NCBI RefSeq assembly: GCF_036321535.1
Contig: NC_087472.1
Coordinates: 95,978,001 to 96,042,000, forward strand
Reading direction: 5' to 3'
DNA from: Camelus dromedarius
Lineage: Eukaryota
DNA: 64,000 nucleotides
Shown here: positions 1 through 13,368 of the stretch, one piece after another
How the letters are laid out: each line of letters begins with the position of its first letter
Numbering within the stretch: the first letter of the stretch is position 1
Program-made: the position numbers and the translations under genes
The notes under the pieces: generated by a model
Databases searched by the model: none
The model's input: only the letters and a program-made list of their open reading frames with translations
What the model was told of the DNA's origin: nothing

Positions 1-270
1 AACATGGATTGATCTACAAGGTATTATGTCAAGTGAAATTAAGTCAGAAAAAGATGAATACCACATGGTCTCACTATATGTGGAATATAAAAAACAAAAT
101 AAAATGAAAACAGACTCACAGATACAGAGAGCAAATGGGTGATTGCCAGAAGGGAGTGGGGGAATGGGCAAAATAGGTGAAAGGAATGAAGAGGTAGAAA
201 TCTCCAGTTACATATTGAATACGTCATGGGGATCTAATATATAGCATGAACAATATGCTCAATAACAGTC
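1..270 (+). mobile_element. L1 (L1MA-like) 3' end fragment
   Basis: aacatggattgatcta..ggtattatg..aagtgaaat..aagtcag...gtctcactatatgtggaat...cagactcacagatacagagagcaaa matches the L1 ORF2 end/3'UTR pattern. Confidence 0.85.
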
Positions 271-841
271 TGATAGCCCTGAATGTGAATTTTAACTTAA
301 TGAGACATGCACATCTGAGCAGGAAAAAACTTTAGAAGTGTCTTCTTGCGTATTTTTAGACCTGAGAAAGGACAGTAACTTTATGCTGAAAAAATATTTG
401 GAACATAAAATAACAAATAAAATAACAGACCAAGACTGCTTCTCTCACAACAAAGCCCTCTTCTTTCCAGCTATGTTGGCAGATATGGGGGCGGGGGGGG
501 GGGGGGTGTGGAGAGCCAGGCTGGAGGTCCCTAAACACCCACCTTCTTAGAAGTGAGTTGGTAATTGTTTTACTAGTTTTGCTTCTGATTTTGTAAAAAT
601 TCTTATTTTTAGTAATAGGAGTATTAATATTTTTTCAACAAGGGAGGAACTTAAAATTCATCACCTTTACTCTTTTCTTATTCACACATATCCATTTAAC
701 ATAGTTTAAGTATCTGTGCACATTGATATATTCAGCATTTTTTCATTTATTATGTCTTATCCATTTTTCTATAGGCTACACAATCTTGGTGTCATTTTAG
801 TATGCTTAATTAATACAATGTCTCTTTTTAAAAAAACGATC

Positions 842-1070
842 TATAATTAATAAGACGATACTGTATACTTGAAAGTTGCTGAGAATAGATCTTAAGCATC
901 CTCACCACACACCCCTCAAAAAGAGTTAACTATATGACACGATGGATGTGTTCATTATCTCGATCTTGATAATCATTCTGCTATGTAAATGTATATCAAA
1001 TCATCACATTGTACACTTTAAAAACATACCACTATATTCGCCAATTATTGCCCAGTAAAGTTAAATTTTT
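842..1070 (+). mobile_element. L1 (L1MA-like) terminal 3'UTR fragment
   Basis: tacttgaaagttgctgaga.tagatcttaag...aactatatga...gatggatgtgtt...aatcatcacattgtacacttta. Confidence 0.8.
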
Positions 1071-4000
1071 AAAGAAGTGATCTAACAAGTAATTTGAGAA
1101 ATCCCCATTTTCCTCTAGAAACTTCAAGTGTTACAAAGCAGAGTTAGGAATCACTACTCCAAGCCATTATTCTAAACATGCTCTGGCTTGGGTCCAAGTT
1201 CTCAGAGGCTGAGTGAGGTGAGCAGCGGCACTGTGGGCCCTCTGCACTGTGGGCGTCAGACAGAAACAGACACTGTGCACTCGCCTTGTAGGGACTGAGG
1301 TGCAAGGCTGGGCAGCGGATACCCTTCAAAAGGCTGCCAGTGCCCTAAAGTGCAGCCACTCAGGAGTGGCTGAGATGGCACAGGCGACCCCCATGGAGCT
1401 CGGGGTCCTGCCATTCATTACTGGGCTGCAAGAACAGGTGGGAGGTAGGGACGGGCAACCACTCCTGACTCCCCACTGGCCTCTCTACAGGGCAGTCCCA
1501 CGATGCCTCAAACGCCTCCACTGGTGGCCCCCGCCAGAAGTGGTCTCTGTCTCCCCTAAACACTGAACATCCTTAATTTTACCTCTTTGGGGAAATACAC
1601 TGTGTGGTCCGCTGGACTCAACAACATTGAAATCGACTCAACGGGCCGGGCTGCAATTCGAGTAGAGGGGCCGCAGCTGACTCCACCCTGCACCCCTCAC
1701 AGTGCCCACTATGATGCTGGGCACAGCAGGTCTTCAACATGAATCTGACAAATGCAAAAGCAGGCTAGGCACTCGGGCCATATGATGACGTGCTTGGAAT
1801 GGCGCTCCAGCCTGGAAGAGGCAGCTCTCATCAGCTGAGAAGACTTAATATCCTACTGTGCATTTGGTGTGACCTTTCTTTTTAAATTTTACTATGAATT
1901 ATGCTATAGAAAATATTTAAGGTTTGGAAATGACGATCACCTGTGTACATTCTTCTGCGAGCTTAATCATGAAAAAAGGCAAAGTCGTGATCGACAAAGT
2001 AATGCCTGAGGCACCTGCTGGTGGCATCATTCCAGTGCCAGCCACCTGCACTTTATTCCCCAGACCATCGTTCGTAGGTATATCTCCCTAGGCCCACCCA
2101 AGGCACCCCTCAAACACTGTGTGGCCCCCTGCCTGACTTAATTTCTTAGAAGATGTTACTGGACCCTGTCTACTGACAAAAACTACCTCCTGTAATGTGA
2201 GTGGTACGGGCCAGTTTTTAAAAAGGGAATTTTTACTTTTCAATCTAACTCAGGAACACACTGGCTTAAGAGTGTTGTCTTGTTTTAAGTACTACTTTCA
2301 GAGATTAAATTTTCAATTCTTCAGTTCTTCAAACATCAATAATTTCTCAGGACCAATGGAAAAACCGCCCTGATGGCCACACGCCTGAAATTTTATCACT
2401 GACCATGAAGAAATGTACTTGATAGCGACTATACAAATCATTCCTCATTGGAAGAAAGATATTATATAATTCTAAGTACTGTTATGGGTAAAATATGAAT
2501 TTATTAAAAGATGACATTCAAGAATGAACCTGAAAATACTCTCATCCCCAGCCTGTTTTGCTAGGTACAGAAGACTATTTGGATGGTGGCCCATACTGTG
2601 AATATTTCATCCACAGAATATAGAGAGCTTTCATTAGAACAAGAGAAAAAAACCTATAGTCCGGAGAACAAAAGCTAAGAGTTCCAAGTTTTAGTGACCA
2701 TGTTTCCCATAGGGCTATTGTATCAGAAGAGTAATACTATATTTTTTTTCCATTCACAGATGGAAAAGAGTAAAATTTAGCTTTATTTAAGCCCAATAGC
2801 AATAACCTTGCAAGGGTTTCAGAAAAATGATACACATTTTACTGTGGGATAATGGGGACCATTAGTTATTAGGGAGAACAAATTATTCTCTTGCAATTCA
2901 ACAGACTTATTCATTCCCTCATTTAATAGACTGTCCTCTCTCCTTTTCACTAAAACGACCTTCCTATACAGAACACCTGGCCGTGCAACATGCCACTAGA
3001 CAGACTTCAGGAGGTACCTTGACGGGGAGAAATAGAGAATTTCCAAAGTGAAGCCACAGGATAAAACCAACACTTGATGCTTGCCTTTCATTTCAAGGAA
3101 AGCAGTATAAAAGCCACAGAAAAAGAGGTAGTGGAAAAATATAGCTGCTCTCCACAAAAGAGTCTTAAAATGAAAAATCTTGAACTTAATAATTTTCCTA
3201 AATGAAATTATGCCATTATTTCTGATTTCTTTGTACTAACGAAAAGGACAAAGTATCAAACTTCACTGAAGTTTCAACACTGTAATACGTTTCATTAATC
3301 AAAGATAAAAACTACATTAAAAGCAAAAGAATTATTTTATGTCTGTGATTAGGCAGTTGGAGGGCTTGTATTTTATGTATACATTTGCAGACTTCAACTT
3401 ATTTAACGGTGTCAGTTCACTAACTGCAGTTTTTTTATATAAAGAAAACAGATTTAGAACTTTAAAAACAAATTACAGTAATTTTATGCCTGCAGCTTGC
3501 ACCTCTTAGAAACCATGCACCCCCTAACACTCCCCTTACTTTCCCACCACTTTCCTATCTCCTCCCTCCGCCTCTAAAACCACAGGCTAACTGAGAACTG
3601 ATAACAGGGCCCTGAAATCCCCTAGTAAATAGTGGCCACCCTCATTTTCACTCAGGCTGGAGGAATAAAGGACACAGATCAAAATGCAGCTCCCAAATAG
3701 GGCAGGGGGCAAACACCCACAAGGATCTGCCTGACGAGCTTCAATGTTGTCTACAGATCTTCCTGCTGACCGGCACCTGCTGCCCTGCACTTCATTACTG
3801 TGGACCCTCCCATGAGGAAAGAGGGAGACAGAAAGGCCTAGAACATTTCGTACGAATGTTGAGAGGTACGTGGACACCACTGGGGATGGCAGGGGCTGAG
3901 GTGGGAGGAGGTAGACTTCACAGTGATGACAACCTCACGTGTTTTCAGCAGAAAAACTGCTGTGAAGTAGCAGAAGAGAAAAATGGGAGAAAAGATATGA

Positions 4001-4764
4001 GGGGGAGCGGCAGCAGCTCCTTCAGGGCCAAAAACACAAGCCCTTCCGGCAGCTTGAAGTGGCTACCTGGCACCAAGAGCTTTCCGGTGATGGCGCAGGA
4101 GAGCTGGGGCTGTGTGGGGACCACCATAAGCATGAAGGGGCCCCTCTGTAGACTGAGACTGGTCAGTAATAACACGAACCCTCTGAACGAGGGCCCACTA
4201 GGCTACTGGCTTTGAAAATCATTTGTGAAAACTGGACTCCTAAGACAGCTGTAATTACGAGAAAGTTGGTTTTTAAGCAAGTCAAAATCTGCCCACTGTT
4301 TAATTTATATAAAAGTGATCTTCAATATGACCCCAGAAGCAATGACATCAGTCTGGTCTCCTCCTGGCACCTGTCCACCGGCCAGGCTCCACTACCCTTA
4401 TTCTCTATCTCTTTTGCTAAAATACAAGGCTCCACACTTATATCTGTTAAGTGTCCTTCACGATACGGGGCTTGTTCCATCTATCCCTCCTCAGCTCTGG
4501 GCCCCCAGGAAATTCAGAACCAAAGAAAGAGATGGGCAACAGTGAGCCTTTGGACCAGGTTCTTGATGATACCGATGGAAAACCTGGAAGATCTACTCTA
4601 AAAACACAAATGCTTTTGCTCAGGGCTTTTCAGCAGTGTGGGGGTTCGCAGTTGGGAGAGGAGGGAGCACAAGGAAGATGATGCTCCCATGCCTTCACGT
4701 CCACGCCACCCCACTTCCGGCTGAGGATGAATGTCATGGCCTCTCAGAGCTAAGAAGAGGCAGT

Positions 4765-4993
4765 GGTTACAAGCACAAGCTTTGGAGTCACAGAGAGCAA
4801 GGTCCCAGTCCAACCACAGCTGGCCACTTACCAGCCATGTGATAAGACCAAGTTAGTTACCTCTCTAAGCCTCAGCTTTCTTCTCTATACAATGGAGGAA
4901 ATACAACAGGTCCTCATGGGGTTATTGAAAGGATGAAATGAGACAACATATGCAAAGTACTTATTATAGTTTCTGATAGAGTAAGCACTCAAG
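4765..4993 (+). mobile_element. MIR SINE
   Basis: ctttggagtca...ccacttaccagccatgtga...ctctctaagcctcagctttcttctctat...gatgaaatgaga...agtaagcactcaa (MIR core and tail). Confidence 0.85.
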
Positions 4994-6391
4994 GCAGGAG
5001 AGAAAAAAGAAGGAAGCTAAAAAATATTGTGCACTTACACTCCCTCCTCCCAGCTGAGGATTTATAAACATCATCAAATACAACTTAACTTTGAGAATAC
5101 ATTATATGATGATTTGGGTAGCAGAATTTTGTCTTCCTAATTATGTTTTGCTTAGGCAAATGTCAGAAATGAGTTTCCACTTCCAGAGCAGACACTGATG
5201 GGAGAGTGGAGACAGTGGGGGGCTGGGGGGGAGGAGCTCAGAAACATATTCAGTGTGGAAAATATGTGACTTGATGACTCATCTGTCCAATCTCAATCCA
5301 CAAATGCACTCTGACCACTAATGACATGCAAATCTTAAGGACTGGAGGAGTTGGGACATATTAATGCAGAAGCCTGGCAGGGGGCTGGAGCGTGGCCACA
5401 ATCGGCACTTGGTGAGCACCGCCCCCCAGGCCTGTGCGGAGCATCTCTCCACCACCTAACCACTCCGTCAGAGCAACTCTAATTTATGACACCAGAAGCC
5501 AAGGCTGAGAGCAAGCTCTAGAGGCTTGCCAAAGCCACAGAGCTTGTGAACAAGAGAACCAGAGTTTGAATCTAGACCCCAAAGGTCATGTCTTAAGCCA
5601 GACTTTCCAATGAGAGGAAGGGAAGAATTTTCCATGAAGCAGGGACAGATTTAGTGATGCCATATTTAGGGGACCCTGAATACACTAAAGAAGATGTCAG
5701 GCTAGAAATACAGGTTGGAGCTAGAAAGTTAGTCTATAACTGCCAAAGTCAGAGACTGCAAGCTGTCAGTGACATCTGGACTGTACTTATAGATAGGGAG
5801 GGGCCAGCTATTCTGAAAATCTTCATCTCTGTGTACAATGGGATAGAGAGTGGAGACCTTAAGGCAGTGTAACTCTCAACATGCTGGTCGTCTAGGAATG
5901 AAATCAGGACTGGTTATGAAATATATTTCTAAGTAGGAGATGATAATCTGGTGACACGGCTTTGAGGTTTCAGGGTTGGCTGGCACCACCACAGAAGATG
6001 AGAAATTAGTCACCAACTAACTCCTAAAAGATAACAAGTCCAGTTTTAGAAGACTTTTTAAAAAACAAGAGCAGGATACTCAAAAGGGAATCGAATACTA
6101 AAGAAGTTAAACTTCTTTTACTTTTTACTTCATATGAAAACACACTGAGAGACTGAGACAAGATGAAACAATAATCAAGATACAATGAATCTCATTATTA
6201 ATGGAAGCTCACTGATTAAAGCCACAATGGTGTAAGGTCAGAGACTAGAACAACACCTAAAATGTTCTCTTATCCTTTCTTTCGCCTTCTCTCTCCCCTG
6301 AGCATCAGCTGACTGAATGCCTACTCTGGCATGTGCTTACATAGGTAGCAAGTTTGTGGGGTTCTTAGTCTAGCAGGGGAGACAGACATTA

Positions 6392-6715
<324 letters not shown>

Positions 6716-9700
6716 CTACAAGAGGACAGGGTACAGGGAAAGCTGTGAGAAATTCAATCACAAACACTGGCTTGGTCAAAAAGGGGGACAACAATTCCAA
6801 TTTTATATATTCAATTCCAAATACCAAGAAGTCCTTTTGACCTATTGGTGAACATTTCATATGCATCTAACAGTAGGAAGATCAAGGAGAACAGCTCGCC
6901 CACTGTCCAAGAATGTAAATCCAGCATGTGTTGTGTTCTATTTTTTGTTGAAACACGAAACCAACAAGATGGCATGACTAGATTAAATAATTCCACCTGC
7001 CATATCACAGAAACACACCGAGAAGACCTGCTAACAAAGGCCTTTTAGGAGTCATGATAAAAACAAAACATGTGTGACCCTTTTTATTATGTTAATGTAA
7101 TCCCTCCGTGCAAGAATTTCAGTCATAGCATCATCTTAAAGATGAGGTGTGTGTCTCTATCTCTTGATGAGAGCTAGCTGTATCACTGTGATGCAAATGA
7201 CAGGGGAACAAAGCCCAAGAGTGGTAACTTATGTACAAGATATAATAAAGTTAAGGACATCTCCTTGGTAGACTAGAGTGCTCTAGAAGCAAAATGTTTG
7301 GCCAATGGAATGAAGGGCATATCATTTTGTGCTGTTTGCATGGTCCTTCCTCAAGGAAAGGCAGGTGGGTCAGACAGCCTCTTTTCAAGGGCTTCCTCTT
7401 TACTCTCTAAAAATAAAAGTTATGAAATTCTATATAATTGGCCCACATACAGTCCTGCGGGTGATGTCACCAGGATCAAAAAGCGATCACTCTACTGGAC
7501 TAATATCCAACTACTCACTCCACTCTTTTCCCTTGTCCACAACAACAGAATGTAATATTCAGATTCGGAAATTATAACTATTCACAGTGCTCAGCTGCTC
7601 TGCAAAACTGATTATAATGTGAATCCTATTCTTTCATTCCCGCTACAATCAGTCCCTTCTCAGCGCAGCGCCCAGCCCAAAGCAGAGGCAACCTTCCTGT
7701 ACCGCTATCTTACCAGAAATTGGAGGCAGCGGCCTCTTCCTCTGGCCAGGCGTCAGATGGAAATAAACTGGGTTATTTATCAACTAGACTCTTTCTATGC
7801 TAAGACATAATGAAATAACTAGAAAGGAAGCAAATCTCAGATTCAAAGACTTGCTTATAATTATTTTTCAGGAGTTCACAATACAGGAGAAGAAATTAGG
7901 TAGAATTAATCAACTTTAATTGTTGCCTTTTTAGAAGTTTGAATTGTTAGATGAGAGGAAGGTGACAGCCAACGACAAAAAGAGTGAAAAATCCTTGGGC
8001 ACTGTCTTTATGCACCATAACTGAATCAGACTGCCTTTTAACAAGCACATGAACTCTGATTGATTTATAGAATTGTATTGTTTTTTAAAACTGATCTGTC
8101 CGTAAGGTTACAGTAATGTTGAGCTTGATGATTTTTAATAATGAGTAAAAATCAAATTTGTAGAGGCAAATTTTTTTTTCCAAAGCGTTCGAATTACTTT
8201 CCAGTATTCATTAGATGTTCTCATGTAAGGTATGTCTGTAAAAAAAGAAGCGGGTGAAAATTTCTAAGCACAGTCTTTAAATATCCACACAAAAGACTAG
8301 TTTTAACAGTGACTCAAACATATTTCCTATTGAATTTTAAAAATCTGAGCTTAAACATGACTAAATTCAAAAGAATTGCTAAGATGACAGGTTTCCCTGT
8401 GTTCTGTTGGAGAAACATTTGGGCTATGACATAAGATATATCCCTCAGAGACCTAATCCTCAAATCTAGCAAGATCCCACGGAAGGTACAAAAACACGTG
8501 ACATACACCGTTAAGAAGCAATGCTGGTCTTCTTTGAAGTGCCCATATAGTAATTTGGGAACTTCACAAAGTACATACTTTACAGAGACAACCAGGTGCA
8601 GTCAACTCATTCAAAACTGTGTAGTCATCTTTAGAAGAAAACTAACGGAAAAAAAATTTTTTGCCAGGTGACCAGAGGGCCCCTTAAATCAATTATATTA
8701 AAAGCATGCCTTATGAAAATGATGTTCAATGAAAGTTAAATAATTAAGGATTTAAAACTTAACCAGCAAGTGGAAGTGGACTTAAGATCTCAACGAATAA
8801 TTCACACAGGTTTTAGAAGATTACGAACTACAACATAAATTACAGACCAAAAACACTACTCTCTGAACTAATCTGAATTTATAGTCTGAATAAATTATCA
8901 ATAGAGTAGAGCACTATATTCAAAATGTAAATTTTAAACAAAACAGAACCGGTTTTGGAGACAGGCTATTCTTAGAGGGCACCCTTTCTTACAGTAGCAA
9001 ATAGCTCTGTTAAAAATGTGCCATCATACATTTTCAGAAACACATTCTAAAAATGTTGGTTGTGTTAGGAAAGAGAGTAATTTGAGTGCTTAAAAGCAAA
9101 AGAGGTAGGCAGCTTTGGTTAGCAAACATGCTGAAAGTGGGCAGGCCCCACTGCTAGGGGACAAAGGCAAATTCGAGTCCTACAGCTTTTCTTGGGATAT
9201 AGTGAGAAAAATAAATCAATGAAAGAAACATGAACTGTTCTTTTAACAAGCAAGCGAGTCAAGATTCAGCACCAGTTAAATGGGGAAAGGGGTGAAAATA
9301 CATCAAACTGGATTTATTGTACTACACGGCATTTTGAGCTTTTCTTTTATTGTTAAGACCTGAGAAGACGAAATCAAAAGACCTAATATTTGGACATCAA
9401 GGAACATAAGCCTGACTTTTAAATACATCAATCACATGACCACGCATCTCCATTACAGGTTTACCCAAAACATAATTGTAGCTTGATATCATTTTCAGAT
9501 GCTGTTTCACAGAACCTACATCATTTTTAAAAGTTATATGCTGCCATCTGCTCCTGTCACTAATAATCTGAGAGCTTTTCCATGTATGTGAAGATATAAG
9601 TGAAAAAAAAAAACTAGCCTATTTACCAAAATCTTTATTTGCATAATATGAAAATTGTTTTTTTGAGATGAGACTTGTCAGAGGCAATATGCAAAGCACA

Positions 9701-10826
9701 TTAAGGACTTGAGCGAGTCAGACATTTATGGAAATATTTTCCTGCAGGAATTGGCTTTCTGTAACAGTTCTTAATCAAGGGTAACCCTAGGAGGGAGACA
9801 GAGTCAAGTGCTGATTCCTGTCCATGTACTTAAATCATTTGTTATGTACATCATCTACAGTACTGAGCAGATATTAGCAGATGACTTTTAAATTCTGAAG
9901 ACTCTCTGATTTTAAAACACATTGTAGTTTGACAGAGATCAATCACATTGCAGTGAAGTTTAAGGCTTATATAGTTTTTTTAGTATAATAACAAAAAGCA
10001 ATAATTAATTAAAAAGAAGCAGTCTTATTCAGATGGTAAATAGACCATAGCATAGTAGTTGTAAAGAATCTGGATAGAGGTTTGGCTTTGACTTTTTTTT
10101 GTTAAACAGGGAGAAGGGATGAAACCTCTCCTTTGTTCCAACTGGAGTTAAGTGCTTTCAAAGGGGAAAAAAAAAGCTCTTCTGTCCTACTCTTTCTCCT
10201 CATCCCTGTTAGACACGCTACATGCTACACTCAAGAAACTGACTAGGGGTTTAAAACTGTTCTAGAAGCCTTAGAAGTTCCTTAGAGGTGAAACAGGGAG
10301 AAGTCAAAGAGGTGGGTTCTAGGCTCCCTCCACTCAAAATAAAGTCAAAAAAGGAACTGGTTAGATAATCTGTGTTTTCTTCATAAGGCATGTTTTTAGG
10401 ATCTCTTACCTTTCTCCATACAATCATGCATTTCATATTTTTTTAAGTAATTATGTGAACACAGGCCAGTGAAAAATGCATTTGCTCTCTTTACCAATAT
10501 TCATGGTGGAACCTGATGCAAAAGGAATGATAAAGGAGTATTGCTGGATATATGGCCAAACTGCGACACACTGTCACTCACATTAACTTGCGGCTGCGAC
10601 AGTGGCTACTGTTACAAAGCTGTCTCACCAAAACAATTTCACTGGTCTTAAATGTGTTATGAAAATTTTAATAAAGTATGTCATATCCCTGACTAATGTT
10701 TCTAAATGCTGTGAAACCAACCAAGACCAAACCCTCTCTGCAGAGCATCTTGGAAGAGCACTAAGACACTGTGCTCACACGGACCCCAGCACGGGCTCTT
10801 CAGCGCTAGGAGACGCTCATTCATTA

Positions 10827-10970
<144 letters not shown>

Positions 10971-12074
10971 CTAAAAGAGAAAAAGAGGGAACAAAAAGCC
11001 TCAAACTTTAAAATAAAGCCCTTCTTGAGCAGACACACACTAAATACCTCTTTGCTAGAATCATACCAGCCACCTGAATACAAAAATGACAGAAGCGGTA
11101 GGTACAAAACCCTGCCACGGAAGCTTTAGCCATTCCATCCTCCAGGCTCCTCTCTCCTTCACTGAGGAACTAATATAACCAGGTGTAACCCTGACAAAAA
11201 AGAAGTAAGAATTTCTGGGCCATGGCACATAATAGTCGGATATAAAAATTAAGGGGATAAATTCAGTCTCTTATACAGTCTGAGTTTCTCCTAATGTTTG
11301 CACTTCTCTCACTGAATTAACTGATTAGTTAAGACTGATGGATAACGGTTACTCTGATTTAATGATCTGTTTCTCAAAGGTTTCTCGAGCCTAAATAAAT
11401 CCCAAAGGCACCAGAAATCACTGGATTTACTCACACTGTCAACTTAAGCTCTCCGAAGGCAGGCTGAGTAAGTGAAACAGAAAGTAAGCCCCACGAGAGC
11501 AGGAACGCGTCAGCCTCGCTCACAGCTGCACTCAGTGCTCAGAATGACTCTTGGCGTGCAGCAGCAACCAAATGCTTGCAGAAGAAATTATTTTGCTCGC
11601 GCTGCAATAATTCACTAAGTTCAAGCACTGTAAAGTACCACAAGATGAGTAAGACGGTCACTGGTCCTAAGTCATCTGCTACTCGTAGACGACTCCTCGT
11701 TCCACAAAAAAACAAAGCAAAACAAAACAAAAACACCTCTCTAAAATAAGCTACAAGTGCCAGAAGGGAGATGTGAACAAAGTGTTTACGGAGAGTTTAG
11801 AGAGGCAAAGATCACTTCCATCCGAGAGCAGAAATCATGGAAGAAAAAGAACAAGTTGGCACATGAAGGAAAAAACAGATTTTAAGAAAAGATAACAGGG
11901 GCAAGAACACTCAAGCAGAGAGAAAAAGCAGAAGTTAAAAGCAAGAGGTGAGGAAAAATACAGTCGACTGGACTGGAACTCAATACGCACAAAGGGAAGG
12001 AGGGGGATTTCTAGCTCTGTGAGGGGTGGGTTTCAAAAGACAAGAGAAGGACAGGGAGTAGCATGCTGTGTGTC

Positions 12075-13368
12075 CAGATCATGAAATGTGGTTCCCAACA
12101 ACCTTTCAGGGAGTCAAAATGACTTTCCCAACAATACTACTCGCACTAGTGATGCAGAAGCAGTGGTCAGTAAAGGTGCCGATGCCTTATACGCATGAAT
12201 CTGGACGGCAGCACCAAACTGCGCTAATCGTCATTGTAGTCTTCACCACCACAGTTTTTTTAACCTCTTGAACCCTGAGTACAAAACTAAAATTTTGTGA
12301 CAAAATGGGACGTATGCACAAGGCATATCCATTGTAGACTGAAGAACAAAGGTTGCTCCAAGAAATGCACTTGTGCAGTTGCTTGAGTTGCAAGCTAAAC
12401 TAGCTGCCTTTTTCACAGAACACAACTTTTACTTGAAAGAATGACAGGCCAAGTACTGTTACTCTGACTTGTGTATCTGGCAATCACTCAAAAAAGAACC
12501 AAGTGAGCCTGCCATTTCAAGGAAAACACTTGACAGTATACATTGCCTACGATAAACCTGAAGCTACCAGGCACAAATTAGAATTTTGGAAAATTTGTTT
12601 CTACTTTTGTGAGCTTGACAGCTTCCCAATACTTAAAAGATTTTTCTGGTGATATATATAGGAATATTCTAAAATGTGGTTTTTGATAATGCACAATGAA
12701 ATATATCATCATTTGGAACATCTGTAAAACTCAGGGACCAGACATTTAATAAATGAGCGATGTATAATATCATGTATGGGAAAAATACCACTCAAAGCAC
12801 CACACAAAGAGGTTTTAATGTAACAGAGTATGAAAAGTTCACCGATACAGTTTCATATTTCCACATTACAAATAGCCTTTAAGAAAATACCACTTGTTTA
12901 TAAAAGAGTATCAGTGTAGAATCAAGGAACAAACCACGATCTCAAAAAATTACTGAAATACTGCTCCTTTTGCCAACTACATATTTGTGTGAAACTGGAT
13001 ATTCTTCCTATACTTCAACCAACACCACACATCACAACAGAGTGGACGCCCAACCAGACACGAGAATCCAGGTGTCTTCTACTAAACTAGACATTAAAGA
13101 GATTTGCAAAATTGCAAAATGACATAATTTCTCTGGCTAATTTTTCTTCATTTTGAAATATATAGTTTTTTTCATGGAGAAATTGTATTTTTGCAATTAC
13201 ATAATGGGTTCATTGATTTTTAAATAAATTAATAAATGCTTTTTAATTTTGCTGTTTCAATTTCTAACAGTAAATATCAGTGTGAGCTATAGACACAAAA
13301 GCTCTTGCAGTCCTCAATTATTTTAAGAGTGTGAAATGTCCTGAGACCAGGAAAGGTGAGAATTCTGT
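12075..13368 (+). mobile_element. hAT-Charlie DNA transposon fossil (Charlie1a-like)
   Basis: 5' ..cctttcagggagtcaaaa..; decayed transposase-like peptide near 12355-12445 (..ALVQLLELQAKLAAFFTEHNFYL); 3' ..aagagtgtgaaatgtcctgagacca..gagaattctg. Confidence 0.8.

Noticed and set aside
3587..4842. Cluster of overlapping 68-129 aa ORFs
   Set aside because: No recognisable domains, mostly non-ATG starts; expected by chance in locally GC-richer intron.
12075..13368. Domesticated hAT transposase gene
   Set aside because: The transposase-like peptide is short, frameshifted and stop-interrupted; a non-autonomous fossil.
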